The notes under the pieces are model-generated. The model was not told the DNA's origin and searched no databases. It saw only the letters and a program-made list of their open reading frames with translations. The position numbers and the translations under genes were made by a program. Below, in pieces: positions 37,114-50,555 of a DNA stretch of 64,000 nt. Position 1 is the stretch's first letter. Each line of letters opens with the position of its first letter. The stretch comes from Microbotryum violaceum (Eukaryota), in the NCBI GenBank assembly GCA_001244265.2, contig CDLV01000007.1, positions 1,426,001 through 1,490,000 of the forward strand, read 5' to 3'.

Positions 37114-39095
37114 ATGCAAACTCCTGGGACCTCCCTGCCGTACTACGACGTTGCAAGGTTTGGCCTCAACGCGACCATCATCCTCGACAAGATCATTAAT
37201 AATGCCGCGACCGACGACCTGTTCTCACTCGCAGCCGACTTTGTCCATCGCTTGTTCTATGCTGGTGAGTGACTCGCCTACCCAGCCCCACTCTGACGTC
37301 CGGGGGGAAACAAGCTAAGCGCCAGGATCGGCCTCCGCCCTTCACTCCTCGGCCCTCCTTTCAAGTTCTGTCGGACGAGTCACTGATCCCGAACCTTTGA
37401 AATCCCCATGCAGCGATGCCATCAACATATACGATACAGCTCAAAGTCATGTTAGGGATATTCGCGTTGTGAGTGTCACATCGCATGCTATCGCCGATCG
37501 GTATCTGTTCGAGCTGACCAGTGCTATCGGCGGCAATCAATCCGTTCACCGACAGCGAAACGATGCTCTTCGTCGCCTCGCTACTCGTACGAATGCGGGT
37601 GCCCTCTGGTTTTTGGATTTTCAGATGGACAAATACACCTGCGGGTGACTATATCACACCACACTTTGCAGTGTCTTGGCAGATTGCGTCCGCTTTCTTC
37701 CTTCTGGGTGAGCCGTGCCCGGGATCACGAAGCACTTGAGCATGCTGTGCGAAGGTCTAACCCCGTTCTGATCGCGTCGCATCACAGCTTGTCAAGCAAT
37801 GATGTGGGTAGGGACGCTGCATGCAAAAGGGCGCTATGTTGCCCATTTCACTCTGTGGCAACTGTTGCCTTTCATCCCATCCTACCTCTCGGTATGGTGC
37901 TTGGTAAGTTGAGGAGTGCACACGTTCTGCCCTGAGCACGAATAGGAGCTAACCGCATGTGTCTTCAGTCGTGGTCTCTTTACGTGGCCCAAAGCGTGTC
38001 CGCGCATAGCCGAAAACCCCACTGGAGCACGTCGCCGCGGGTCCTCAACGTCCATTTCTGCGCTCTCTTGGTCGTTATACCGATCGTCATTGGGCTCAGT
38101 ATCTTCGCCGACTCGCATTATGAGCGCGTGTATCGCACGACCGAGGGGCTACGACTCAGCGAGTTGGCGTATGCTCAGACCAAGACCCTCACTCGAACTC
38201 AAGCTGCTATTATGCTGCGGGCTTCGACACCTACAATACAGTCCATTCTCGATGGGTATGCGCATTTCATCGACCTCTTTCGCGCCGTGTGGATCGTCTG
38301 GGTGATTGGCACCGCCTACATCTACGTTGTGAGTCTCCTTGGGTTGACAGACTGAAAGGCCCTACTGGGAACTCACATCAGTACCTCTTCGATTAGATCC
38401 TCTGCGTCATCGCCGGTCGCTATTTCGCGTTCCTGCGCTGCGAATTTCGGAAAGTCGACGAGGAAAAGCTTTCAGAATCGGGCCCAATTCATCGAAACTG
38501 TGCGATCCGCAGCGCCTTTTGGAACGCGCTCCTGACGTGCGTCTGCGTCACCGCGATTGGCACCATCTTCACCGCGACGACCTTCTTCCTCGTCTTTGCC
38601 ACGAGGCTCGTGGTGCTGAATGGGTACGCGTTCAGTATCGCGGTATTATCGACGATGTGGACGTTCGCGATTTGCGCTTTCCCAGCTGGGGTTTTATCGC
38701 TGATGCGGTCCATACAAGGCTTGCGGGGCCGACAAAAGGAGGCGCTCCTCGTCTTCAAGGCCAGGAGTCAGACTCGACAGTCCACGATTCCTAGTGCTAG
38801 ATTGAAAGGACAGTGTACGAGCGGTACGAGCGGGACCAGAAATCCGGTGGAGACGGATGTTGGGTTGATGTCGCATATTCAAGTGGATGGTCGGATTGAA
38901 GTCGCCGGATGGACGATCTGCGATTCGGATGAGCTCGAGTCGCCAGGTGATGAATTAAATGCGACGCGTTCTGGGGCGCCCAAATTCTCGTTGGAAAAGA
39001 ACGGCTCGTTGGGTCCTGCAAGTTTGGGAAGGAGGCACGTCGAGAGGGTGGTTGTCCCATCGCCCATCAAGGAGTCGGAAGAGAACGAGGATTGA
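37114..39095 (+). CDS. Hypothetical multi-pass membrane protein (multi-exon)
   Basis: Series of GT-AG-bounded exons with hydrophobic segments (ALLVVIPIVIGLSIF, AVWIVWVIGTAYIYV, IAVLSTMWTFAICAFPAGVLSL) and a polar C-terminal tail. Exon structure approximate. Confidence 0.6.
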
Positions 39096-39308
39096 ATCTT
39101 ACGCAAATGTACTAGCACACCAGTAGCATACCTGTTGTCAACAAATATATCGCCACATGTACACGTTTTAAAGGCGTGTCTGCGAGATAATTAGAGAGAA
39201 TTGGGCAAGATCCCTTGGCTCTCTCGCGCCCCTCCGAGTCATTGCCTCCTGCTTTGCCACTCCGGTTTTCCCCCACTATCGGGCCCTCGACGATCGGCTA
39301 CGAGATGA

Positions 39309-41092
39309 ATGGCTACTTACACACCCATGAGCGCATCGCCGCTCCCGTTCTCTCTCACGGAAAACATTGCCCGAGTCGTGCTTGACACTTATCATGCGTT
39401 GCCTCCCAAAGGCAAACCTCGCACGAGGACGAACGGAGCTCGCGAATGGACCGTCCTCGCCGGGTTCTGCCTTTACCCGAGTGAGCAAGGCGAGAGGTCC
39501 GACCTGAGTCGGTATCGTTGTGTTTCGATTGGGTGAGTTTCGAGGGGTGGCTCTGACGCGAAGTCATAGGGAGTGTGTTGCTCACTCTTGGCGTGCACCG
39601 CGGACTGGCAGAACGGGCGTCAAGGTGCTTCCTCACCACAGATTACCTCGCCACGGGGACGTACTTCACGATTCGCATGGCGAGATCATCGCTCGAAGAG
39701 GACTGCTACGCTTTTTGGTGGCACAGCTCGAAGTGGCTTTGGGTGTGGTGGACCCGACGTCGAGCTGTCTTGTCCGGGGAAGCAATGGGCGGTGGAAGCT
39801 CAAGGACGAGCTGAGGCTGGGCATGTACGTCAGTACGCTACCATGTAAGTTCAAACATAATTCCTTCGAGTCTTGATATATCTCTTCTGACGTTCTGCGT
39901 TGCTCATGCAGGCGGAGATGCCTCAACCTACTCGCTCGCTCTGCTCGCCCCACCTTCACCCCCACTTGAGCCGAGCACCACACCTCAGCACGTCCCCAAG
40001 CCCCCACCTTCACTTGAAAGTTCCATCATCGCCGCCTCATTAGGTATGGAAACATCCCGCAGCTCTACGAATGACGACTCCGCTATACCCCAAGTCCGAA
40101 GAGGTCGAGTCGGATACTCGGCACCTCCTGGAACGCTGAGGACCAAACCGGGCCGACTGGATTCTCCTCCTACGACCTCGCATTCGTGTTCGGACAAACT
40201 CGCGATGTGGTCAATGGTTGGTGTACAGGGTGGATTACTCGCTGCGCTGGGGATGGATAGGATTATCCTCTCGATGCTTGTGGTGGGAGCGGTTCCGAGG
40301 GATGAGCGTGGCAGAGTTGAGAAAGAAGTGGGGAGGGCTGTCGGTGCACGGATAGGCGATTGGAGTTTGAATGAATGGCGTTCGATAATTCCGGAGGTTG
40401 TATTTTGCGATGCTGTGTTCGAAAATGATCGTAGTGCGATTCAGGGGCCGGGGGAGGTCGTGTCGGCTGCCGAGAGTGAGTTTTGTTTTTGTTTTGCTCG
40501 GCTGTTTCCTAACGCCCTGTCGCTGTCTAACCTCTCGAGTTGATGGGATCATTTGACACGCAGACTTTTCGTACATCTTGGATGAAGGTGTCGAGATTGT
40601 TTGCAACGGGACTCGAATGGGCGGGAAACTGAAACGCAATCCAGGGGAGCCGCTGAGCCCCAAGACGAGGTAAGTCTCTACTACTCCTCTAGCTCTGGTC
40701 TCGATGACGCTAGCAGTGACTCACAAGCTGCGGCGATCATAGCTCCCGGACCTCAAAACTTAGATTGATGCAACGGTGTGCAGAGCTCGCACCGATAGTT
40801 GGAGTCGCTTGGCCCAGGTAAGTGTTGTTGATTCAGAACCGGGTCTAGTTTTCGTCGAGACGCATCGGACTGGGATTGATCCCTTGACAACGGTTGCAGC
40901 TCCCTCACGTATCATCAAATCAAACGTTCCGAGCTTGCGACTTCGTACCAATCGGTCAAGCAAGCCGTTCGTTCGGTGGGGGCCCCACTTGAGGCTTGGC
41001 TCGTGACTGGGGAAGAGTTCGAGTCGTTCGGTGTTTCTGGTCGACTCGAATCTTCACGGAATCAGGAGGACGTTGCAGAGCAGACGTTGTAA
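39309..41092 (+). CDS. TAD1: tRNA-specific adenosine deaminase 1 (ADAT1/Tad1), multi-exon
   Basis: KGKP..EWTVLAG, TGVKVLP, LHDSHGEIIARRG, YVSTLP|CGDAS, RTKPGR, SCSDKL; C-terminal TYHQIK...Y...K...W. No dsRNA-binding domain. Confidence 0.9.
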
Positions 41093-41194
41093 TATCATCT
41101 TATGGATGCAATCGAGCGTCGAGCGCGCCTGATGGACTTTATCCGTCGGTACAGCATGTGAAATTGCAAGAATGCCCCTAAATGTTTACTACGC

Positions 41195-42872
41195 TCAATC
41201 CTCTGGCTCGAGGGAGGCGCCGTACGGCTTGGCTGCGAAGAAGTCGTCATCGAAGCTGTAGAACGGGGAACAACCAACGGATTAGGATGCTGAACTCGAA
41301 GCTCGAAAAAGGAATCTCCATGGTTGGTACTCACTGATGAACTCGAACATAACCGTCCTCGCCGCCGATCGCGTAACCCTTGGTCTGCGGGTGCACGGCG
41401 ATGGTGTTGCAAGGCCCAAACCCACCCTTGACGCGCGCAACCTCCTCCTCAAAGACGAGGTGCCAAAAACGCACTTCGAAATGACCATGCCTCGCACCCG
41501 TCGTTGTGACGGCCATGGCCTCCTGACCACCACCGAGAAGCGCATAAGGTTTTCCCGGCAAGATGGCGGCCGAGTTCAAAGGCGGTTCACCGGTGAAGGT
41601 CTTGATTAAGGTGAGGTAGTCCTCGTCGCCGTGTGAGTTCTTGTCTGGCCCAATCGACCAGATCTTGGCTGACTTGTCCTTGGACGAGGTGATGAAGTAG
41701 GTCCCGTCGGGCGCCATTTGCAAATCCGTGATGAGGTCGCTGTGGGCGCGGTCCTCCTTTTCGTAAAAGAGTTCTCCGTCCATGTCCCACAGATTGAGGT
41801 AACCGTTCTCGTGACCGGTGACGATGTACTGGTCCAATGCGCACCACGCCGCGACGGTCGCCTTCGAACCAGTTGATTCGATCTGGAACAAGGGTTCGAC
41901 GGGCTGCTTGGTCGGGTCGTCGCGGTTGATCTCGAACACTCGCACGGCACCTTTGAAGCCCATGCGTTGCTCGGTCACGGCGAGAATCTTGGAGTCGTCC
42001 TCGGACCACATAACGCGCTTGACCGCGGTCGGAAATTCCCACGTGTACAGACATGTTCCTGTTCGCACGTCCCACAGCTTGAGGTTGTTGTCGGCGGAGC
42101 CGGAGATGAGGTAGGTCGAGGTGGCTGTTGAAGATAAAGAACTTCAAAGTGTCAGTTCAGATTCACGTAGAGCAAGTGATCAAAGTGATGTCGGAGAGCA
42201 CGGGTGCACACAGTCAACGTGCGCTGAGTCGAACCACCACCACCACCCGAACGTCTTATTCCCCTTCCATGCGCCGTGCTCTAGCCATCCCGCCTCGACC
42301 TCGCAACAAGGAAATGCCCAAGCTGATTCCTCTGGAGTGACTTCCCCTTCAATCTCCCGCCCCAGCTGGATTCATTCTCCCATGGGATCGCACAGCCTGC
42401 TTGGCCGCTCTGTCGAGAGCTTCGCAGGTCGTCGTCTCGTCGGGATGGGTCCAGCTGCTCGTCCATTGCTTGGCGCATGATCCCCCAGACTGCCCAGGAC
42501 ACCCAACATCAGAAAGAGAACGTGACGAAGAAGCACTAACAGTCGGCGTCGATGGTCCATACGGTTCCGTTGTGGCCTTCGTAGGTGCCGAGGCGCTCGC
42601 CGTTGTGCGAGTGCCACACGTTAATGATGTGGTCCTTGGACGCCGAGAAAAGCAGGTCGCCCTCGGCGTTGTACTTGACCTCTGTTGGGCGCGCAGAGGC
42701 GGGAGGTTAGTTGGGCTCAAGGTGGAGGTGGAGGGTGACTGTAAGGGGGTATTGCGCACGCGTCAAGGATCGCTCGTGACCAGACAACAGGATGGGGCGC
42801 TGGTGGGGTACAGATGGCGTGTTAGCGTGGTGCAGCTGCCAGCGTTTGAAAAAGCTCGAGAGGACTGACCAT
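41195..42872 (-). CDS. TIF34: Translation initiation factor eIF3 subunit i (WD40)
   Basis: [29 protein letters not shown]40 repeats; [35 protein letters not shown]. Confidence 0.95.
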
Positions 42873-43218
42873 GATCGTGTAGAGGGGGATCGGTGGAACA
42901 CAGAGGACGAAGCGACGGGGCGGGGGCTGGCGGGCGAGCCGCGTGATTTTTGTTTCGCGGGTTCTGTCGCGCACGGACCTCTTCTCCCCGCTCGTGGCCT
43001 GCTCGTGGCAGCTCGTGTGGCCTTGGCGCGCGCTGAGAGGCTGCTCGAGGCGCGCCTCACCTCCTCTTTCGACTGGCTCCTAAACCGTGAGCGCATTCCA
43101 CCATGGTACTTACGCGTATCGACAGCTGATCGAGGACTCGTCACGTGCAAAGAGATCGATCGTACAGCACACAACACTCTCGGGGCAAAGCACGCGCGAC
43201 TGTACCCCGTTGACAGAC

Positions 43219-46200
43219 ATGTCCCTGTTGGCTGATCAAGAGTGGGTCCATCCCATGCCATTGTACCGTGCATGTCTGGCCATCAAAGCTCACTCCCTTT
43301 CTCACACCTACCGCGGATCAGCTACTTCATCCATGCCCTGCGACTATCGTACCTACGCCATGTCCTGCCCGCGCACGCGCCACATGCCTCCTCGATCCCC
43401 GGTACAGGCTCCTACAACCTCATAGCCTTCGACCCGACCACTCTCCAAACCTCACCCTACATCGTCGCTTCGAGGACCCATGACCATGCGCTCTGGCCCG
43501 AATTGTCGAACGGGAGATCGAGCCCCCCACTCGCTTCGACCTTGGCTAGATCCGCCGCGGCGAGTGCGGTCCAGAGTCCCGATTCCAGCGAGGTGGGATT
43601 GGGGAATGACTCGAGACGGAGAGGCGCAACGGGCCTGAATTACAAGGAGACTATTTATGGAAAGTCTGGAGCAGGCACAGGACCGGGGATGAGGGTGGGT
43701 GGCAGGCAGCGTTCGACTCGAGGTAGGAGAGCAACGACTCAGGTTGCGCCGATGGAACCTATCGACAAGTGGGACGATTCGGTGGATATGGTCGACACGG
43801 TCGGAGCTCATAGTCTGAGGTGAGTTGCAAAGGCTTTTGTTCCGTGCGGCTGCATCTGCTGACCATCCCCGACCGGATCTTCGGAGCAGACGAAGCCGTT
43901 CTCTGGAAGCCTCCCTCCACCGACGCAGGCTCGAAGAAAACACCTTGCACAACCCTACCCATCCCCAGCAACAAGCTTCACCACCACCCGTCGTGATCCA
44001 CTCCCCTGTAGCTACCCCTTACGGCTCAAGGACGAATCGCCATTCCGGATCGTCCCTTTCCGGTCAAATCTTGGTCCCCGCTCATCTTGACCAGGTCTAC
44101 AGTTCTCAATTGTCGCACATTGCTCCTGCTTCGCCGGAATCCGTTCGTATTGCCAGCCCTCCTGGGGTCGAAGCCGATCTACCCAGCCCGATACGGGTAA
44201 CGAGGTCCGCCATCGACGAGCTAGCCGATTCGGGCAGCGACCTCCAGCAAGTCGACGCACCCCATCTTCAGTCGACGAGAGAGACGGCACTCGTCCCTTC
44301 CTCGGAGGATGCTGGATCCGAGTCGGTAGGCGAACTCTCGCTGTCTTCGACGGGGCCGCGCAACGCGAGTGTGGCCAGCTCGGGTGTTTCACTCTTTGGT
44401 ACCTCGAGGTTGGGCTCGAACGACGGCATCCTCGGACCTAGAGATCGAAGTGATAGCGACTCGTCGTTCCCTTCACCGGCTCCACCCGAGACACCTGCCA
44501 TGCACGACTTCAACAAGGCCGATACTTTCTCCCAGGTGATCCCGCCGATCTCACCGCCGCCTCCCCGCTCGCCCTACCCTAGTTCCCCCGACGCTCCGGC
44601 CCCTGTTCCGTTGTCACCCACACCCGGAGCGGAAACCCCAGCGCCTGCTCCACCACCGCAATTCGTCATTTCTGCAAGGTTCATGAAGGCCCCGAGGGAA
44701 CGAAGAAGGGTCAACATCAGCGGCAGGGTCTTTGTGCCCATGGCTGAACCAGTGCACGAAGAGGATCCACCGACGGCGGCTTCGGTGGCCCCAGTAATCG
44801 CAGTCCCAGAATCTGTCGAGAAGCCCAAACCGCCCGTCCTCGAGATTCCAGAATCGACGTCCCCAGCTGACACAAGGAAGGAAGACAGTCTCAATGTATC
44901 ACCTACGATCGTACAGCGTCGGGGTTCTGGTCCACCCTCACTCAAGATAGACACAGCTCTGGCATCAAAACCCGCTTCTGCGGCTTCGTCACCCATCATC
45001 GCCGCGACCGAGGCCAATCCCAGATTGAGTCCTTCTGCGAACCGTCGTGCGCATCCAATTCGACAACCCTCGACAGGACTCACGTTCGGTAAACGACCTT
45101 TGCCTTCGCAATTATCTTCCTCGACCACTGCGGCGTCCGCACCACCCGCGCGATCGAATTTGACCGCTCTACTCGGCGCGACCTCCGGTTCTGGATCGGG
45201 TTCCAACCCTTTCTCACGATTATACGCAGCTCTCATCTCTCGTGCCTCGGACGCGCTCAAGTTGTTGCTCTATTTCCCCGATTCGGACAAACCGAGCACA
45301 CCACTCAAAATCGGGGTCAAGCAGGATTTGACGGTCGAAGAAGTGATCGGAGCGGGCTTATGGGCCTATTGGGAGGAAGGGAGGGAGCCCAAGTTGGAAG
45401 TTGAGGAGGAAGGTGAAGAGGAAGAGACGATCCGGTGGAATTTGAGGATTGTAGAAGAGGATGGGGAGGTGGATGATGATTTCCCTGGTGAGGTTGCTCT
45501 CTTTTCCGAGACTCGGCGTTGGCGGGGTCAATCTTCCGGGCGAGATGGGTGAAGCTTACCCCTGAAATTGGATCTTCACAGCCCTCGATCGGACTAGAGC
45601 GGTGTCCAAGTTCTCGTTTGGGGAGTTTGCGATCGTCAAAGCTACTGGAAATCAGGGTGAGTCCGGAGCCTACTCAGGAGCAAATTTGAGGTGTTTTGTA
45701 GCTAACCCTCTCGTTGTGCACTTTCCATAGTCAACGACAACCTCGCCAAACAAGCCACTATCACCCGAAGACCTTCCCGCATACTCGCCAACCCGAAGAT
45801 GGCGGCTCCAAAAGGCCCCACGAACATGCTCACTCTACAGCAAGGGCACCAGGTCGTCCCCATGTCGCCGCTCAGCGGACCCCAACTGAGCGCGACTGCC
45901 GGTGTTTCGTCGACGCTCGCAATCGGGGTCCTGTTGCGCATCCGTTTACCTGCTGCACCGGGGAAGGGCGTCGAGTCGATCAATACGACCATCAATGTGC
46001 CTGGTGATATGTATATGAACGACGTGCTCGGTCAGTCCTCACTTTCCTCCACTCTAATGCGTGGTCCGCTCCCTCTGATCATTGTTTCCCCAACCTTCCA
46101 CTATCATTTGCAGAGCACGTCTGCAAGAAGCGCAACCTCGAGAACGCACGCGAATGGGCCTTCACCGTCCGCCACCGCGGCTCCGAGATCATCGTCCCTC

Positions 46201-46982
46201 TCGATCGTATGGTCGAAAGTCTGGGTGATAACCACGAGCTCAAGTTGGTGCGAAGAACCGAGATTGGTGGACTGAGAGGCGCGGGTCAGATCAATACGCC
46301 GCTGGTAGGGGAGATGAATCCGAGTGGCGAGTATTTTGAGGTAGCGTTTGGCTGCTTGTCGGAGGATTGTTTGCTTATCCCATTGTGGGCGCCTTTCGCA
46401 GCTTCGCTGTTCCGACGACCGGGTCAAGACGCGTACCAGTCCGCTTCCGAGTTGGCGGCGACGTATCGTAGGTACAGCGTAATGCGCAAGTTGGGAGTCT
46501 TGGGTCGACACCCACGAATTATCGCGATCGATGGAGACTAGTCAGTCCTTTCTTCTGTCTATATGAGTCCGCAGGGTCGGTCCACGTGCCAGGAGAGCTA
46601 AACCCTTCTTTATCATCGAATCCTGTGCGTCTTCCACCCTACCAGCATCCACTTCCTTCCCTCCGACTCGCGAGGCGACGTATTCTCCGCCGGCCGCACC
46701 ACGTCCTTCCACATTTCGATGCTCCGAGCCTGTCAAACCAGTCGTCGTTCGAACCTCGCCTTCAAGATCGTCGTCCAAAAAGATCGCCTGGAGAAGAGGT
46801 ACGATTTCGAAGCGGAGAGCGTCAAGCAGGCGCATGAGATCGTACAGAATGTGAGGACTTTGATGAATAGTTATAAGATGGAGGAGGCGACGAGGCAGCA
46901 GCAGTTACAGGGCGCGTTGATGGGCGTTGTGGGGACCCAGGTGAGGCTCGGTACTTCGTCTGTAGGCGCAACGAGGTCTTGA
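43219..46982 (+). CDS. SIN1: TORC2 subunit Sin1/Avo1 (CRIM + PH domains)
   Basis: MSLLADQ|DYFIHALRLSYLR N-terminus; CRIM TVEEVIGAGLWAYWEE...WNLRIVEEDGEVDDDFP|ALDR; PH domain GRHPRIIAIDGD...KRYDFEAES. Confidence 0.93.
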
Positions 46983-47388
46983 GAGAGCGATTGGGATGCA
47001 CATGTACGAGGTATGAACATATCTGACGAGAATCATTCCTGACGAGAATTATGATGGTTGTGATGATGATGATGATTCTCAAACGATGTTGTAACACGAT
47101 GATCATCTATCTTCATCGCGAAAGGTTTTTTTCACACGACATAACCGTCGTCGATGAGTGCAGTGCGCCTTTCAATTTCAGGTGCATGCGCATCGAAGCA
47201 AAGCACTCGAAACTATAAATCATAAAGGGACACACTTGAGAGACGAGGAGTGAGCACGACCCCCGTTCAGAGGTGACTCGGCTGCTCAACTGCTCAGCGG
47301 TCGAAGGCCACTGCATAGGCCCACATAATAGTAGTTTGGTTGTTTCGAGTACATCATGGTTGTGCATGGGTGTGCCTCAATGAGAGTC

Positions 47389-47442
47389 CTGCACGGCGGT
47401 GCATACGGGTGCATCACTGTGCATCGATGTACACGTGTGCAT
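47389..47442. repeat. GTGCAT-like motifs at 10-bp periodicity
   Basis: CTGCAC/GTGCAT/GTGCAT/GTGCAT/GTACAC start at 47389, 47399, 47409, 47419, 47429. Further copies at 47362 and 47437. Confidence 0.6.
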
Positions 47443-47680
47443 CCATTTTTGAGCGAATCACACGAGCATGGACCCTTCGATCTTGACTTTCAGCCTGGTC
47501 GGTGGTTAGCCCAGCCTCGAATTGGGCATTAGTCCGTCCCGACCCAAGCTAATTGTGCAGTCCTCCCCTGTACTGGCAGCGTTGGCAGCGTTGGCAGCGT
47601 TTCGCACCCACCCGCGCCTCGCCCGGCTCTCCCACACTTCCGTCCCCGCACCCGCACCCGCTCAGCACCCTCAAACCGCA

Positions 47681-48293
47681 ATGGCCATCGTAAGCACCTC
47701 CGCACACACCTCTTCTGTGGCCCGACCTCTTTTGGACTGACGATCTGCCGACGGTCTGTCATCCTCAACAGACATCAAGCCTCACGCGCGTCTTCAGCCG
47801 CAACTCGGTCTTTGTCGGCACCGTCTTCTTTGGTCAGTTGGCCGCCACCAACACCCGATCATGTAATTCTGAAACGTTCTTTCACTGAAACCGTTAACCT
47901 CTGTACCTCTCCCTCGCCCGCCGGACGCTCTCGTGGCTGATCTCCGACTCCGCCCGTTCTTCCTTTTCGTCTCCTTTCGCCCCCTTGGTCGTCCATCAAC
48001 ACCCCTCCCCACCCACCGTACATCTCACTCAAAAACAAAAAAAAAACCTCATCATCTTACATCGATCTACCACGTTCGGTCTTGGTCTCGTCACCAGGTG
48101 CGTTCGCCTTCTCGATGGGTTTCGACGTCGCGACCCAAAACTGGTGGGACAAACACAACAAGCCTAAACAATGGAAGGAGTACGTACTTGACCCCAGCCC
48201 ACACAATATTCAGAGGCGCTATGGACTGACCCGTGGGTGTCTGTGTGTGTGTTGGTTTCGCGCGATCGCAGTATCCGAGCGCAATACGATTGA
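47681..48293 (+). CDS. QCR9: Cytochrome bc1 complex subunit 9 (4 small exons)
   Basis: Spliced product MAI|TSSLTRVFSRNSVFVGTVFF|GAFAFSMGFDVATQNWWDKHNKPKQWK|DIRAQYD* matches the Qcr9/UQCR10 pattern. Confidence 0.92.
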
Positions 48294-48661
48294 GCGGACT
48301 CGGATTATGAGGCGCTGTAGAGGTGTGGATCTTTGTAGTAAGAGGATGTAGAGGGAGGCTTGGGTCGGGAAATGTCAAGCATATACTTTGGGTTTCTTTC
48401 CGCACAACAACTTGTTTGCGCAGCGGAGGACCGTCGGGTCTGGACCCGTTGGAGATCAGACTTGGAACGGGATGGATTGCACAGGAAACGATGTAGGGGA
48501 AATGCGAGTGGAGAACAGGACTGGGGGCAAGCACAGCACATCGAACGGAAAACAACGACGAAAGGAAAGAGGACGCTAAAAAAAGAAAAATGCTGATGAT
48601 AGGGTAGGCAATTGGACGAAGAACGGAGCATACATAACGAGAGAGCGGCTTCCGGATCGAG

Positions 48662-50284
48662 CTATCTCCCAACTCCATGCTCGCATTCCCCGAGGAATGT
48701 CTTCAGATCAAAGCGAGCATAGACCTGTACACATTGTGCACCGTCAAATCAGCCTTTCCTTCAAAAAGTGCCCTCCCGCATCCTGAACTCATTCGGGTCT
48801 ATACAACGTACCCTATGCTTGGACTTGCTCTCCTTGGTCGGTGGGGCCATGGCGGGTCCGAAAGGGACTTTAAGTTCGGCCACGGCCGACCAAACGGCCG
48901 TTGTGGATCGAGCGGCAAGAGCAAGGATCGAAAGAGGTGTCTGACCTGAACGAGCTGTAGCAACTCCCGGGGTACAGTTGTGATCAGCCTTTGGATTTGT
49001 CTGCTGTGGCGATGATGTAACCGAGCAAGGACTGACCTAGGATCGCGGCATTGACCAATTCACTTAACGTGACCCTTCTCCCCTGTTCCAAATAACCCCT
49101 AACCGGGCAATTCATCAAGTCCTTGTACGCCATCAACCCGCTGACGTCGATGCATTCTTGCTCCCAACGATCGCGGTCCCTTCCGCTCGGTAATTGCGCA
49201 ACGGCTTGGTTCAACGCTTGCGATTGCGCGATCGCGATGTTCAAGGCGTGCGTTGAGGACGTCAGTGACGTCGTAGAGCCCGAAAGACCGGCATCGGAAT
49301 GCATCGAGTCTGATAGAGTCGTTGCATTGCCGTTCCCATGCGATGAATAGTTGGGCGTCGAGGGCGTGGACGAGATGTGCGATGACGAGTGAGCACCTCG
49401 CATCATTTCGACAAAGGATTGCAGTCGTAGGTTGAGAGCGAGGATCTGTGGGTCCAACGACAGTGACCACGAACCAAACGTTGCACCGAGGATAGGAACG
49501 GTGGGTTTCGGTGTCCCTGGTCGCGAGATGGGATGCACGCCGAGGGTCGACGCACCCGGGGGATGGCACGTTGTTGTCGAAGGTCGTGAGCTCGATGGTC
49601 CGGCGGTGGAGGATGACGAGAGCGTCGAGACGAAGAAGGACGTAGGCGCGCACGTCGAGGACGACTTTATAGACTTGGCCGTGATGGGAAGGTCGGAAAG
49701 GACGGCAGGAAAATGCTCTTTGAGCATCTCGATGGCGGATTGAATCCGTCCCGACAGGATCGCATCTCGAATGTCTGACTCAATCCAGGGGTATCAGTTT
49801 TGAACATAGGCAGCACAAAAACGTGCACGCACCTTTTCTCAGTCTGACCTGACCAAGTTGGTCCTCGCTCAACCACTTGTTGCCGGAGAACCGATCGAGC
49901 TCGACCTCGTCGCGATCGTGCTCGTCGTCATCGCCGATCTCCGATTGCCCATTCTCCTCCCCACCATGCCGATCAAACGCGTCCGTGGTCAACTCGAACG
50001 CGACAGCCTTCCCATTCGTCTCCCCGACCGCTCGACTGCCATTCTGTAGCTCGGCCGTGTGTCCCCTCAACGCGTGATGGACCTCGATCGCCTCCTTGCT
50101 TTCGTCAGATTCGAAATCGACGTCGACGCTTGCTCCTGTGGGTGCGGTCGCTCTCCACCCTTCTGGTTCGGGCGTGGCTTCGATGCCTTCCATCCCATTG
50201 TCGTCCTGTCTTGGCTTGTGATTACTCCTCTGTGTTCTTGATCCTCCCTCTCCCGCACGAACCGCCGCCCCGGAGGACTGGCCA

Positions 50285-50326
<42 letters not shown>

Positions 50327-50553
50327 GCTTCATCCTCCCTATCCCTCCTCTCCACCTCCTCCGCAAAAGCTTTCGCACTCCTCGCATAACACCCACTACA
50401 CAGATACTCCAACACCAACCTTCGCACCTCGTCGCGCGAGTAAGTGTCGGTCGTGGATGAGCTCGGGGCTTGGGAGAGGTACGCTGAGGCTGAGACGACG
50501 GGACTTGAGCTGGTCGAAGGGGTGGAGAGGTTGTACGGGTTGAGGGAGGACAT
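48662..50553 (-). CDS. LisH-CTLH-CRA domain protein (GID/CTLH E3 complex, Gid8-like)
   Basis: LisH EVRRLVLEYLCSGCYARSAKAF; CTLH IRDAILSGRIQSAIEMLKEHFP; LNLRLQSFVEMMR; CRA GLMAY...RRVTLSELVNAAIL. Contains a (GACGAG)n ED repeat. Confidence 0.85.
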
Positions 50554-50555
50554 GA

